DNA of 32,869 nucleotides from Patescibacteria group bacterium (GTDB lineage Bacteria > Patescibacteriota > Microgenomatia > PFEM01 > JAHIFH01). Positions 32,465 to 32,869 of this stretch are shown here, in pieces; positions within the stretch are counted from its first letter, which is position 1; each line of letters opens with the position of its first letter. The notes under the pieces are model-generated. The model saw only the letters and a list, made by a program, of their open reading frames with translations. It did no database searches and was not told where the DNA came from. A program made the position numbers and the translations under genes. The DNA lies in assembly GCA_018900995.1 (NCBI GenBank), contig JAHIFH010000049.1:1-32869 (forward strand), written 5' to 3'.

Positions 32465-32868
32465 CTACAAAAATTTTCTGATTTTGTTAAATAGCCAAAG
32501 TTTTTGATTTGGAGTAATTATTGGCATCACCACAGTTATAAAAAGCAGAAAGGTATAAACTCTATCCCATAATGACGCTTGATATAAATCGTAGAACTTT
32601 TTTCTTGCCTTAATTGTTTTAAATTCCATTGCTCTTAATCCACCCACTGTCATCGAATCAGAAACAACTCTATACTTAATTAATTTGTCTTTTAGATTGG
32701 CAAATTTTGCATGTAAACCTATTCTAAAATACAATTCATAATCTTCAGCAGGATTGTAATAATGGTTATATAGCCCAGAATCAGTCAACACCGCCTTTCT
32801 AATTATAACTGCCGGATGACAAAAAGGACTATATCTGAAAATCTTTTTTCTAATTTTTTCGTCTGTCG
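32465..32868 (-). pseudogene. Glycosyltransferase family 2, C-terminal part, apparently frameshifted (or assembly indel); truncated by right window edge
   Basis: The ORF-track frame (GTG at 32791) reads ...NPAEDYELYFRI...KYRV, a typical GT2 C-terminal region. In-frame upstream it reads SFCHPAVIIRKAV after a TAG at 32828..32830. A different frame is open from the window edge (TTDEKIRKKIFRYSPFVIRQL). One extra base in the A4 run 32821..32824 would fuse them into RYSPFCHPAVIIRK. Confidence 0.5.
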
Positions 32869-32869
32869 T

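Noticed and set aside
1-32868. CRISPR arrays, tRNA/rRNA genes, transposases/integrases and alternative genetic code.
   Set aside because: I found no spaced direct repeats, no cloverleaf-sized noncoding gaps and no recombinase-like ORFs. TGA, TAA and TAG all terminate long motif-bearing ORFs, so the standard bacterial code applies.

Overview
The window is almost entirely coding. It holds 30 complete genes plus 2 edge-truncated genes, all on the minus strand. Every gap is 37 nt or shorter except one 141-nt gap (1961..2101), and 13 gene junctions are ATGA-type stop/start overlaps. The content reads as one very large cell-envelope glycan assembly locus in a low-GC bacterium using the standard code (TGA serves as a stop). 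An uncultivated or CPR-like lineage is only a guess.

By sequence motif I count:
- 7 class I SAM methyltransferases
- 2 B12-binding radical SAM enzymes
- 7 GT2 glycosyltransferases (2 at the window edges, 1 apparently frameshifted)
- 2 GT-B (GT4-like) glycosyltransferases
- 3 large GT-C-like polytopic membrane proteins (523, 747 and 1174 aa)
- 2 MOP/Wzx-type flippases
- 4 extended SDR sugar-nucleotide enzymes, including Fcl-like, GMD-like and CDP-paratose-2-epimerase-like members
- 1 classical SDR, 1 DegT-type aminotransferase and 1 hexapeptide acetyltransferase
- 1 four-helix-bundle (23S rRNA IVS-protein family) gene

I found no rRNA, tRNA, CRISPR array, transposase or integrase.

Most interesting points:
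- The near one-to-one ratio of methylating enzymes to glycosyltransferases.
- Two B12-radical SAM paralogs embedded in a glycan operon.
- A probable lipid-carrier-dependent extracytoplasmic glycosylation module built around a giant 1174-aa GT-C-like protein.
- A four-helix-bundle gene bracketed by a 29-nt GGT/ACC-rich imperfect inverted repeat.
- An out-of-frame 8-nt tandem repeat inside a GT2 gene.

All functional calls come from motif recognition by eye. No database search was run.
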